Positions 47,097 through 55,588 of a DNA stretch of 64,000 nt are shown here, piece by piece. Source of the DNA: Pseudomonadales bacterium (lineage in GTDB: Bacteria > Pseudomonadota > Gammaproteobacteria > Pseudomonadales > Azotimanducaceae). The notes under the pieces are model-generated. The model had not been told where the DNA came from, made no database searches, and saw nothing but the letters and a program-made list of their open reading frames with translations. How positions within the stretch are numbered: the first letter of the stretch is position 1; the number at the start of each line of letters is the position of its first letter. The stretch spans positions 1,011,686 to 1,075,685 of the forward strand of contig OZ220737.1 in the NCBI GenBank assembly GCA_965116935.1, read 5' to 3'. Position numbers and translations under genes: made by a program.

Positions 47097-48480
47097 CGGA
47101 TGGTACGCACAGGCCAAGCCCTCGTTGGCGACCCGCGCCGATCACTACGGGCCCCGCAACCGGCTCAGCGAACTGGATCTCGAAGTGGGAATACGGAAGC
47201 GCTGGCCGATCCGGGCGATTGACTTCTACCGGCATCAAGTTCACTCCACCCGATACGAGTGGAAAGCGGGACCGGCGGAATGCGATCGGTTCCGGTAGCC
47301 TAGCGTGCTCGCACCATCGGGTGACGTCCGTCAGGCGAACCTTGCCCCGTCGCTCGTGAAGGACGGGGAACGCTGATACCCACCTGCGCGACTGTTGCAG
47401 CCAACGGTCCGGGTTGGCTGCCCAAGGTCGTCGCTCGTCCTGCCGAGGGGAAACGGCCACCTCTACGCTCGCGCCCTTCAGCACCCGCACCGCGAAGGTC
47501 GCATCGCGGACCTTCGCCATCGTCATTTCGTCAGACTTCGGCGGCAACCACAGTGCCAAGCCGTGAATGCGGCCCCGTGAGCGCGGGAAGCCGACGTCAG
47601 GCAATGCCAAGAAGCGAGCAAGGTCGTAGCCTTTCCGTTCAAACCCGTGGCCGTGCAGGACCGCCGGCGGCTCGCCGTGAATGCGCTGGTAGTGGCTGAG
47701 CACGGCTTCCTTGAAGAGGGTCGTGAGGGCAGACACGCGCCGTCCCGAAACCACCGGACGGATGTGCAGCCACGCGACGATGCGACCACGATCCTCTTCG
47801 GGTTGCGAGTCGGGTGTGCGATAGCGTGCTGAATGCACGAGTGCAGGGAACTGAGAACGCGCAACAGATGCTCCTCGCTTGGTCCACCCATCGAAAACCC
47901 GATCCAAGAGGTCTGTGTCTCCCGGTCGAGTCACATTCATCGTCGCTTCGCCGTCGGGGTCGGGCGTGAACGTATCCGCTGGAAGGCGGGAAGGCATTTC
48001 CGTCGCGACGCGAAGGCGCACCGGCGAGTCGGACGTGCCAAGATACCCGACGCGTGCGGCACGAACACGGATTGACTGCAACGTGCCGGGCGGGGGCGTC
48101 TTCTCCCACTCGTACACGACAACCGGATCTCGAGGTGCGACTCGCACGCCTGGCCTGTGCAATGCGCCTACACGGGCGACGTATTCCTGGTGGGTGTTCT
48201 TCCTGCGCTCCCCCACCACGACAAACCGTCCTTGTTGTGACTGATGCCATGCCAGCGAATGTGCATGGATGGTTGGGGGAGGCAGTGCCTCTAGCCACAG
48301 AAGTTCGCTGCCATCGGTCGCACGTGTGCGACCCCGGGTCCCGTCGGCCGCAACAAGAGCAGCGAACAACCGCGCCGGCGACGGCGGCCACTCACCACGC
48401 TCTAGGCGCCCGGTGTTGGCTGTCCCGTCTGGGTCGCCACGGAAAGTGCCGTGGAGCAGCTCCACGCTGATGGTGAACAT
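47089..48480 (-). CDS. csb2: Csb2-like Cas5/Cas6-fusion RAMP protein (type I-G/I-U)
   Basis: Start at MFTISVELLHGTFRGDP...WPPSPARLFAALV, the N-terminus I associate with the Csb2/GSU0054 family. 1-nt overlap (TGATG) with the cas7 stop. Confidence 0.65.
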   Translation of the reverse strand: MFTISVELLHGTFRGDPDGTANTGRLERGEWPPSPARLFAALVAADGTRGRTRATDGSELLWLEALPPPTIHAHSLAWHQSQQGRFVVVGERRKNTHQEYVARVGALHRPGVRVAPRDPVVVYEWEKTPPPGTLQSIRVRAARVGYLGTSDSPVRLRVATEMPSRLPADTFTPDPDGEATMNVTRPGDTDLLDRVFDGWTKRGASVARSQFPALVHSARYRTPDSQPEEDRGRIVAWLHIRPVVSGRRVSALTTLFKEAVLSHYQRIHGEPPAVLHGHGFERKGYDLARFLALPDVGFPRSRGRIHGLALWLPPKSDEMTMAKVRDATFAVRVLKGASVEVAVSPRQDERRPWAANPDRWLQQSRRWVSAFPVLHERRGKVRLTDVTRWCEHARLPEPIAFRRSRFPLVSGGVNLMPVEVNRPDRPALPYSHFEIQFAEPVAGPVVIGAGRQRGLGLCVPSDD

Positions 48481-49679
48481 CAGTCGTCGAGAGCCGGCCA
48501 TGTGGCGACGATCGCCTTGCGTAGGTTCTCCTTGGGCGAAAGCGCCGTCGCCTCTGGAACCCAGCCGTCGAGGGGTACGTCCACAGACTTTGCATGTTCT
48601 CGCGCCGCGCCAAGCAATTCCGCCGTAGCTGTCGCGCCCCCAAGGTCGCAAAGCTCGTCTCCTTGGCCACTGAGCCAAGTCACGGTGGTGGCCCGAGGGC
48701 GCAAGTCTGCACCTGACCGCAACGCGAACCCGCTACCGAACGCAAGCTGATGAGCATGTAGGCCCAAGGCCACAAGAAGTGCCCGCACTGCCGCATCGGC
48801 TCCAGCGTCCCCAGCGCCGAGCCCTATGCGGCGCAACTGCGCGAACGATACGGTAGCGCGTTGCGTGACCGACGCGAACGAAATGGCCGCCGCGGGAGCG
48901 TCCGCGCCCATGAAGGGCACTTGGCCATGCCCGATTTCCGAGAGCTTGTCCTTCTTCCCACCCTCGATCTGGCCGGCTCTGCCCACGTCCCAATCTGTAC
49001 GATCGTTTGGATTGGAGGTGACTGGCTCGTCGGTGCTCAGGTTCAGGGCGTCCCCCTTCAGGCCGAGCACTTTGGTTTCCGTCGATGCCGGTTGCCAACC
49101 CACGATTTCGGATACCCAGGCCCGAGCGTGCTTTGTGTTCTGGCGATCCTTGCCCAAATGGGACTGCCAGAATCCATACAGGAGCGCTTGCGGGAACCAC
49201 GCGACCAAGGGGCCACAAGCTTGCGCCGTGGCGCCGAAGATGGCTTTGCCGACATCCGTCTTCATGAAGTCCTTACCGTCGAGTTCGGAGTCGCGCAGGT
49301 ACGCATCCGCGTTGCGATGGGGAAATTCGAGGCTCGAGAGCGACTTGGGCAGGTGTGCCGGCAAGTGAGGCATGGTCGCGGAAAGGTCCAGCCTAAACTC
49401 CGGAATCGACATCGACACCCGGTGCAGGCGCAGGGCGTGCTCCAGGCGGTTGGCTTGCGAAGGCACGTTATCGATGACGATGACAGGCGTCGGCTCAGGG
49501 TCCTCGGCCGATCTCCAGCGACGATCCTGCTGGTAGTTGCCACCCTCGTACACGGCAGGCTTTACCGGCCCACCGGCCCCAGCCAACGGCTCCAGTTCCG
49601 CATCAATGCGGATGCCGTCGTCAAAGGAGTCGTCCGCGCAGCCAGCCAGCAACGCAGCCAAGTCAATCTGTCTGGACAC
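48480..49679 (-). CDS. csb1: Csb1-like Cas7 (type I-G/I-U RAMP backbone subunit)
   Basis: GTG start with GGAGAGAAAGGA upstream. VPSQANRLEHAL, FPHRNADAYLRDS, LYGFWQSH and SEIGHGQVPF resemble the Csb1/GSU0053 family. Confidence 0.7.
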   Translation of the reverse strand: MSRQIDLAALLAGCADDSFDDGIRIDAELEPLAGAGGPVKPAVYEGGNYQQDRRWRSAEDPEPTPVIVIDNVPSQANRLEHALRLHRVSMSIPEFRLDLSATMPHLPAHLPKSLSSLEFPHRNADAYLRDSELDGKDFMKTDVGKAIFGATAQACGPLVAWFPQALLYGFWQSHLGKDRQNTKHARAWVSEIVGWQPASTETKVLGLKGDALNLSTDEPVTSNPNDRTDWDVGRAGQIEGGKKDKLSEIGHGQVPFMGADAPAAAISFASVTQRATVSFAQLRRIGLGAGDAGADAAVRALLVALGLHAHQLAFGSGFALRSGADLRPRATTVTWLSGQGDELCDLGGATATAELLGAAREHAKSVDVPLDGWVPEATALSPKENLRKAIVATWPALDD

Positions 49680-50032
49680 TGTCCTTTCTCTCCTGCCAGT
49701 GATTCAGGTTTGACTCCATCCTATCGCAAGCAAAGGCACGGTGGGGCCTGAGTCCGGCCACCCACGCAAGAGGGATGTCCGCTCCCGCATTGTGCACGTC
49801 AAGTTGTGCAAAGGGAGTGTCTGGTGCGCCGTTGTTTACGCGGCCCCCGCTGGCTGTCTCGTGCGGGGTTCGCTGAGGAAGGCCATGTTGAGGTAGCGGC
49901 TGGCCCGGGCCAGTTCTCGTAGGTCTCAGACGCTACATCGCGTGTTTCCCGCGCACGCGGAGCTGAACCCCGAACTGCAGGCCCCGCCGCCGGCGGAAGC
50001 GCGTTCCCTTGGCACGCGGGGACGAGCCGTGT

Positions 50033-50109
50033 CGTGAGTGCACGACAAATCGCGGCGAGATCGTACGGGAGGAATGAACCGTGTCGTGAGTGCACGACAA
50101 CTGGCGGGA
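50033..50109. repeat. Two 25-nt direct repeats, each with a 6-bp-stem hairpin, separated by 27 nt
   Basis: ga(g/a)ccgtgtcgtgagtgcacgacaa at 50033-50057 and 50085-50109 (stem gtcgtg/cacgac, loop agtg). Lies 350-430 nt upstream of the cas7 start. Confidence 0.85.
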
Positions 50110-50381
50110 TGGACGGTTGAGTTGAGGGCTTCGACAGCCACAACCCCACGGCGGGGTGGCGGCGCAGGCTGGCGTGGAGGACATTGAGCGCTCCATGCTG
50201 GACACCGACTACGACCGCTCCTTCTTCGCGTGGGAAATCCACTTCGCCGGCCAGTCGCAGGAAACCCGGTTGCCTGAAGCGCCTGAAGAAGGGCCCAGGC
50301 GCGTAGGTCGATGCCGAACGGAGGCGATTTGCCTCGGTGCCCGTCCCCATGGCCAGCAGGGAGACAAAGGGGTAAGCGTTG

Positions 50382-50590
50382 ATGTTGCGACCGCTGCGAC
50401 CGCACAGACGCTGGCGTGTCCGGGAAAGTCCGGCTATGATGCAAATCGAGTCGCCGCCGGGGGGTGCGGACGAGAGGCGGGCGCACACGGCCTGTTCCGT
50501 GAGAGTCCTCGCACCCCGAGCCATGCAGGTTCTGGCTCAGCACCGGCGGCGCACTCAATCCTCTGCTTGCCGGTACAGCAGCCGGCCGGG
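50382..50590. ncRNA. Candidate structured non-coding element, copy B
   Basis: Homolog of 36214-36405 (see findings). Its first ~20 nt contain an extra gcgaccgc repeat. Confidence 0.45.
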
Positions 50591-50710
50591 TGTGGGTTCC
50601 CGGCACACGCGCCGATGAACCCGACACCGCCTCTCGTCCTTGCGGATGCCGTGCACCAGACGCTCGGACGACCGCCCGAGCACTTGCAGCCTGCCGACGG
50701 TGATGGATAG

Positions 50711-50947
50711 TTGCACTCCTTGGGAGGCGTAGGAGTGCTTGTGGTGGATCCGCTTGGTCGAAAGCTGGGGCAAAAGCCGGAACTGGACAGCATTGAGGAA
50801 GCCAATCTCTACATCGACCGGAACGGTGGCCTGTACGTCGATCCGGATGAGTTGGTTGCCAGCAGGAAGTTCGGACGCCTATTGGAAGACGCTGCCCAGT
50901 TGGATCTGTCCAATCTGGATCGCGAGGAAAAGCCCGCAAGAGACTAG
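50711..50947 (+). CDS. Small acidic hypothetical protein
   Basis: Protein-like composition (..LGQKPELDSIEEANLYIDRNGGLYVDPDELVASRKFGRLLEDAAQLDL..). A GTG near 50735 with an upstream GGAGG is a plausible start. The stop TAG is supplied by the first bases of the adjacent MITE. Confidence 0.35.
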   Translation: MHSLGGVGVLVVDPLGRKLGQKPELDSIEEANLYIDRNGGLYVDPDELVASRKFGRLLEDAAQLDLSNLDREEKPARD

Positions 50948-51101
50948 GGCGTGTTCACACTATGCGCTCATACAGTCCATCGGACAGCGTGGCCCTTGGG
51001 GGCCTCGTTTTCGAACGGTTGTCGCCAGGACCTTGGTAGCTGTCGCCGGTTGATCCGGGTGGTTTTTCGGCGACCAGAACGCTAGTGTGAACATGCCCTA
51101 G
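50944..51101. mobile_element. MITE-like element, copy 1 (158 bp, 18-bp terminal inverted repeats)
   Basis: Left end is ctagggcgtgttcacact. The reverse complement of the right end is ctagggcatgttcacact (1 mismatch). The internal sequence is shared with 52838-53076. Confidence 0.75.
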
Positions 51102-51646
51102 CGGGCATTAGCGACCCTAGGATGGAGGGCGGGACGCCCTCCATCCAGCAGACGGCGATGCTAGAGGCCAACGCATCCACTCGCTTGTTTTGCGGCTTTT
51201 CCTACGGCGCAGGCTCCTAGTGTGCCGTCCCGCAAGTTCGTGGTACTTCGGGATGCCAAATGCAGGCACTCAACGACCTCTCGGGGGCGAGTCGCGGACG
51301 GCACATCCTCGCTTTCTCCGGCATTGTTGCACCAGCCAACGTCCAGCGCGAAGGGTGACGTGTTTCTGGGACGCGACACTAGCCGTAGCTGCGAGCGAAT
51401 GCGAGCACGAAGGCCAGCAGTTCGCGCAGCGAACTGCCAACGCGCCCGCAAGGGCGCGCTAGCGCCGCCAGGCACCTTCCCGTTTGGGCACGAGGGCCTT
51501 GTTGGGGGCGAGGGCGTCTCGCCCTCGCACGCGCCCTGCAAGGGCGCGCTCCTCACCATCTTTACTCGCCCCCTCACAAAGCATCGATTTCCTACAAGCC
51601 TTGGCGGTTCCGTCCTACAGACCGCCCTTGCTTTCCGTGCCACGGT

Positions 51647-51779
51647 AGCCCCACCAACGCCGCCCGATCCTGCCCGTGCCGCAAGCGCCCCACAAACCGC
51701 ACGCCGTTCCAGCCCCGCGCTTCCCGGTGCGCGAAGCGCCCGAAGGATGCGCGAACGCGCCCGAAGGGCACGCGTGTGC
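51647..51779. repeat. Direct repeat upstream of the Uma2 gene
   Basis: agccccaccaacgccgcccgatcct...gttccagccccgcgcttcccggtgcgcg... recurs at 52722-52836. This copy has a ~20-nt internal extra segment. Confidence 0.8.
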
Positions 51780-51824
51780 TAACGTCCCGTCGTCCGGCCG
51801 GCGTCGCGCCAGAAGGAGAACGCC

Positions 51825-52649
51825 ATGCCTCCCGCCCAACCCCAGCCCGCCCGCAAGCCTCAGTGGCCACCCCGGTCCGCGCCCAAGCTCCAACAGCCGC
51901 CGAAGGCGCCTGCCGACGCGCCGGCGGGGGACGACGAGGACAGGTACCCGGACCTGGGCGTTCCGCCGATGACCACCCTCCACTGGAACGCCCTGGAGGA
52001 CAGCGCGAGCCTGCTGAAGACCCGCTACGCCGACCGCGACGACGTGGTCGTCGACTCGGGCCTGACGATCTACTACGTCGATGCCGGCAAGGAGAGGGCG
52101 ATCCAGCCGGACGTGCTGGTGTCGTTCGGGGCGCCGAACCGGCCGCGCCGGGTTTGGCTCGCGTGGGAGGAGGGCAGGTTCCCCGACTTCGTGCTGGAGG
52201 TGGCCTCGAAGAGCACGTACCGGCGCGACGAAGGGGAGAAGCGTGCCATCTACGAGCGCATGGGCGTCGCCGAGTACTGGCAGTTCGACCCCACCGGCAA
52301 GTACCTGGCCCCGGTGCTGCAGGGCCGCAGCCTGAACGCGGACGGCGCCTACGCGCTCCTGCCGCTCGCGACCACGCCCGAAGGCGGCCTCCGGGGCGTG
52401 TCCGAAGTGCTCGGCCTGCGCGTCTGTGCAGACGGCAGCCGCCTGCGCCTGTTCGACCCCGCCACCGGCGAGTTCCTCCTCAATCACCTGGAACACGCCC
52501 GCGCTTCGGCAGCGAAGGACGACACCATCTCCGATCAGCAACGCACCATCGCCGAGGAACGACGCGCCCACTTGGAGGAACGACGCGCCCGCCAAGCGGC
52601 CGAAGCCGAGCTCGCCGAACTGAAGCGCCAGCTCGCCCGCGGTTCCTGA
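51825..52649 (+). CDS. Uma2 (DUF820) family PD-(D/E)xK endonuclease
   Basis: AIQPDVLVSFG ... PDFVLEVASKST...GEKRAIYERMGVAEYWQFDP is the Uma2 core. P/Q-rich N-terminal extension and coiled-coil-like C-terminus. Confidence 0.8.
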   Translation: MPPAQPQPARKPQWPPRSAPKLQQPPKAPADAPAGDDEDRYPDLGVPPMTTLHWNALEDSASLLKTRYADRDDVVVDSGLTIYYVDAGKERAIQPDVLVSFGAPNRPRRVWLAWEEGRFPDFVLEVASKSTYRRDEGEKRAIYERMGVAEYWQFDPTGKYLAPVLQGRSLNADGAYALLPLATTPEGGLRGVSEVLGLRVCADGSRLRLFDPATGEFLLNHLEHARASAAKDDTISDQQRTIAEERRAHLEERRARQAAEAELAELKRQLARGS

Positions 52650-52721
52650 CTTCCAGGGAGCGAGGACGTCTCGCCTTCGCTCGCGCCGGCAAGGCGCGCC
52701 TCGTCACCGCCTCTCCACAAT

Positions 52722-52836
52722 AGCCCCACCAACGCCGCCCGATCCTCCCCGAGCCGCAAGCGCCCCACAGACCGCACGCCGTTCCAGCCCCGCGCTTCCC
52801 GGTGCGCGCGAACGCGCCGGAAGGGCGCGCGTGTGC
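52722..52836. repeat. Direct repeat downstream of the Uma2 gene
   Basis: Pairs with 51647-51779. Confidence 0.8.
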
Positions 52837-52837
52837 C

Positions 52838-53076
52838 AGGGCGTGTTCACACCATGCGCTCACACAGTCCATCGGACAGCGTGGCCCTTGGAGGGAAGGC
52901 ATCCTGCCTTCCCCGCACGCCGACAGGCGTGCCTGACGGCACGCAGGGAAGGCAGGATGCCTTCCCTCCAAAGGCGGCCTCGTTTTCGAACGGTTGTCGC
53001 CAGGACCTTGGTAGCTGTCGCCGGTTGATCAAGGTGGTTTTTCGGCGACCAGAACGCTAGTGTGAACACGCCCTAG
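52838..53076. mobile_element. MITE-like element, copy 2, carrying a nested REP-like palindrome
   Basis: Same ends and core as 50944-51101, with a ~80-bp ggagggaaggcatcctgccttccc...palindrome inserted at ~52886-52975. Confidence 0.75.
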
Positions 53077-53079
53077 GAA

Positions 53080-53391
53080 GTGGGCAGCCTTGGGCTTCTG
53101 ATCCCGGCGCTCGGCGGCTACCTCTTCCTGGTCCGCTTCAACGGGACCCGAGACCGCATCGGTCGGCAAAGTGGCTACCATGTGGTCTTCAAGGCTGCGC
53201 TGATCGGTGTTGCCCTGTTCGCAGTGGCGCGGCTGCTGGTCGTCCTAGTGAACGGCGGGTTTCCCGTAGTCGGCGCTTGGTGGAAGAAAGCGATTGATGT
53301 CCAATACTTCAACGTGCTCGGCTGGAGCCCCAGTCTGAACGTCTGCTCTCGCGAGCCACGATGTACTCGGAACCAAGCTCGGCAGCTCTAG
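53080..53391 (+). CDS. Hypothetical membrane protein (possibly a fragment)
   Basis: GTG start; two hydrophobic helices (LLIPALGGYLFLV, ALIGVALFAVARLLVVLV). No family recognised. Confidence 0.3.
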   Translation: MGSLGLLIPALGGYLFLVRFNGTRDRIGRQSGYHVVFKAALIGVALFAVARLLVVLVNGGFPVVGAWWKKAIDVQYFNVLGWSPSLNVCSREPRCTRNQARQL

Positions 53392-53423
53392 CAGCTACGG
53401 AACTTCCGAGCAATCTTCCGAGT

Positions 53424-53745
53424 ATGGACGTCGGCGAGATTCTTCGCCGCGTTGAAGGGAAGACGCTGAAGTTCAAGCGCAAACTTTCGTCACTGGAGGG
53501 TTCTCCGCCGCTTTAGTGTTTGCCAACAACGCATTACGCAGGATTGCGTTCGCGTCGGATCGACGAACCGCTTGGCTGGCCCGGAGTTGATCGCCGAAAT
53601 GCGGCGGTTTGCCCGGAGCGAGGCCTTCGATGAGGGGCCGATGCCGGAACTGGACTCGGAAGAAATCGACTTCCGAGCTGCTTCCGAGCTCCGCAATCTC
53701 GGGCAGGCAGACGCGCCGGCGCACCCAGTTGTCGCACTGCCGTGA
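53424..53745 (+). pseudogene. Fragments of an AlbA_2 / AAA_4-type putative DNA-binding ATP-binding protein
   Basis: MDVGEILRRVEGKTLKFKRKLSS then a stop. The next frame reads AALVFANNALRR. A third piece reads RRFARSEAFDEGPMPELDSEEIDFRAASEL. The pieces resemble the N-terminus and a later segment of that family but are out of frame and far too short. Confidence 0.45.
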
Positions 53746-53792
53746 GAGGCCGCACGCACGCGCGAGTCAAGTGGGCAAGATGCCCTCGCAAT

Positions 53793-55163
53793 TCAAGTGT
53801 CCAACGTCGCGTGCGACCGCTCTCGCCAACGTTGGTAGTCCAAGAGCCGCAACCCGTAGCGCGCCAGCACGCCTTCGTGCAAGCGTCTGAGATCATCGAT
53901 TACATGGGTGCGAACCAGACCGCGGTGTTCCGCGGGAACCTGCTCCATGCGAGCGTCGATCCAGCCTAGCGTGTCGGGTGGCAGCGTCGTGACGACGCCG
54001 TGTACGGTTTCCTTGATGAACTCACGGTAAGTCGATCGCATTGGATCGGGAACCCCAAGGTTCTGCCTGATGGCCAGATACTCCTGTGCGGAGCGTTCGT
54101 AGGCCCACAGATAAAGGTCGCGCAGCAGCTCGGTGCGGTTCAGTTCGTAAACGCCGAGGACCGCCCGTGTATATGCCGACTCCGGCACATCGAGAAACGT
54201 CAAGGGGCACAGGTTCGCGCGGAGCAGAGGCAGATTGGCGAGCAGCCGGGACGTGCGCTTGTTCACATCGGCGAACGGTTGCAGATACGGAATGTGGACC
54301 ATCGCGAAAAACGACTGCTCGAAAGGGTCGGCAACCTGCCTGGCCTTGTCGAGCAACACATCCAACATTTCATCGATCTGGGCGGGAACCGTGGGTGGTT
54401 GATACACGCTCTTGCCGATTTCCACCATGTGTCGCCGCGTCCTCCCCTCGTCCGCCGGGTTGGGGAGCAGGTTCTCGGCGAGTAGGCTGTGCAGGTTGAG
54501 CACGGTGTAGCGGTTGAAATCGACAACGTCGGCGTTGTCGATGAGCATCTCAATCGCCGCCTTGTGGTTCAGGATCATCTGCGTCTCGATCGCCGCCTTG
54601 CCCTCGGCCTCATGGCCGCGTTCGATCAAAGCCCTCGTATCGAGCCAAGTATAGGTGTTGCCTTCCATGTGGCTCGAAGCCCATGACAGGTCGATCAACA
54701 GCCGGCTCAAGATTGCGCGGCCAAACGTCCCCGCCGGTTCCCGTTCGCCGTGAGCCGCATCGGACCGGCCGATTGCCTGCATCCGACGCCGCAGCGGTGC
54801 GGGGAGGTAGTAGGTTTGATTTGGTCGATACTCCGCCAGAAGTTCGCGCTGATAGCCCACGGGCGCGCGTGCCTCGACCGGTCGATCAAGGTAAGCGAGA
54901 ATGTCCTGACTATCCTCAGAGACCGGAATCCCACCGGGGAAGTCTTCGCTCGCCCCGACCGGCATGTCCGGCTCGCGTGGCAGATACCGGCGGCCGCGTC
55001 CCTCGCCGATAGCGCGAATCGCCCCGTCGGAAGTGAGCTGCAACAGCCACCGCTGCGCCGTTCGCCGTGCTAGGTCTGGATGGTGCCGCAGCAGGTCAGC
55101 CAACGCCAAAGGCTCTGACGAAGCTTCAATGCTGTGGAGAAGTGCGGCAATGTCGGTGGCCAT
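53793..55163 (-). CDS. Fic-domain protein with a winged-helix N-terminus and non-canonical active-site motif
   Basis: SSHMEGN (inhibitory-helix-like S/TxxxE[G/N]) and LQPFADVNKRTSR aligned to canonical HPFxDGNGRxxR. Confidence 0.8.
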   Translation of the reverse strand: MATDIAALLHSIEASSEPLALADLLRHHPDLARRTAQRWLLQLTSDGAIRAIGEGRGRRYLPREPDMPVGASEDFPGGIPVSEDSQDILAYLDRPVEARAPVGYQRELLAEYRPNQTYYLPAPLRRRMQAIGRSDAAHGEREPAGTFGRAILSRLLIDLSWASSHMEGNTYTWLDTRALIERGHEAEGKAAIETQMILNHKAAIEMLIDNADVVDFNRYTVLNLHSLLAENLLPNPADEGRTRRHMVEIGKSVYQPPTVPAQIDEMLDVLLDKARQVADPFEQSFFAMVHIPYLQPFADVNKRTSRLLANLPLLRANLCPLTFLDVPESAYTRAVLGVYELNRTELLRDLYLWAYERSAQEYLAIRQNLGVPDPMRSTYREFIKETVHGVVTTLPPDTLGWIDARMEQVPAEHRGLVRTHVIDDLRRLHEGVLARYGLRLLDYQRWRERSHATLDT

Positions 55164-55588
55164 GCGGGATCACGGTTTGTGCAAGATGGCGCAATTGTGG
55201 CGCAATTGTGCGTATCGCGCCACCCCGCTGCCGAAGATCGCGCCACTATCGCGCCAAAGGACGTGGGGCATTCGCGCCACATCGGGCTCGCGTGCTGAGG
55301 AGACGCAACCAGCGGCGACATGGGCCCCTTGGCTAGGGAATCTTGCCGACGCACCCTGCGGGTGTGCCGCAACGGCGCCCAGGGCGTCTACATGGCAAGG
55401 GCAAACTCAATCGTGCACCTATGGCGCTTCCTGTCGCGAAGCCTCACTCCACAGTCGAGTAAGTCGCCGCCGCCGTGCCTCGTGTGACCTCTACACGCCC
55501 AAAGGCGTTAGAAACCGCCGCCGCTCGCGACGCTTAGCGCTGGCCTGCTCGTGTATGCTCGTTTGCCGCAGCTAAAGGAGCCCGGTCA

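Noticed and set aside
44341-49751. Numerous 60-435-aa ORFs inside the cas genes (for example 45685..46992, 47639..48391 and 48861..49751)
   Set aside because: They are alternative-frame or antisense ORFs within cas3, csb2 and csb1. The cas frames are long, tightly coupled and motif-bearing.
50156-50710. 184-aa + strand ORF spanning element copy B, and the analogous 36048..36368 ORF over copy A (both translate ..SGYDA..V..GG..AHGLFRES..)
   Set aside because: The shared peptide reflects nucleotide conservation only. A 2-nt indel shifts the frames apart right after FRES, and the variable positions are base-pair compensatory. Non-coding conservation is the better explanation.
50555-50773. 72-aa minus-strand ORF ending at the 3' edge of element copy B (..GRLQVLGRSSERLVHGIRKDERRCRVHRRVCREPTPGRLLYRQAED)
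   Set aside because: It looked vaguely like the tail of a transposase or maturase. I could not place any motif, it has no counterpart next to copy A, and it overlaps the small + strand ORF. It is left unannotated.
51017-51055. GTTGTCGCC inside both MITE copies matches the first 9 nt of the transcribed CRISPR repeat
   Set aside because: The identity stops after 9 nt, the rest of the repeat and its hairpin are absent, and the motif is GC-rich. I treat it as chance.
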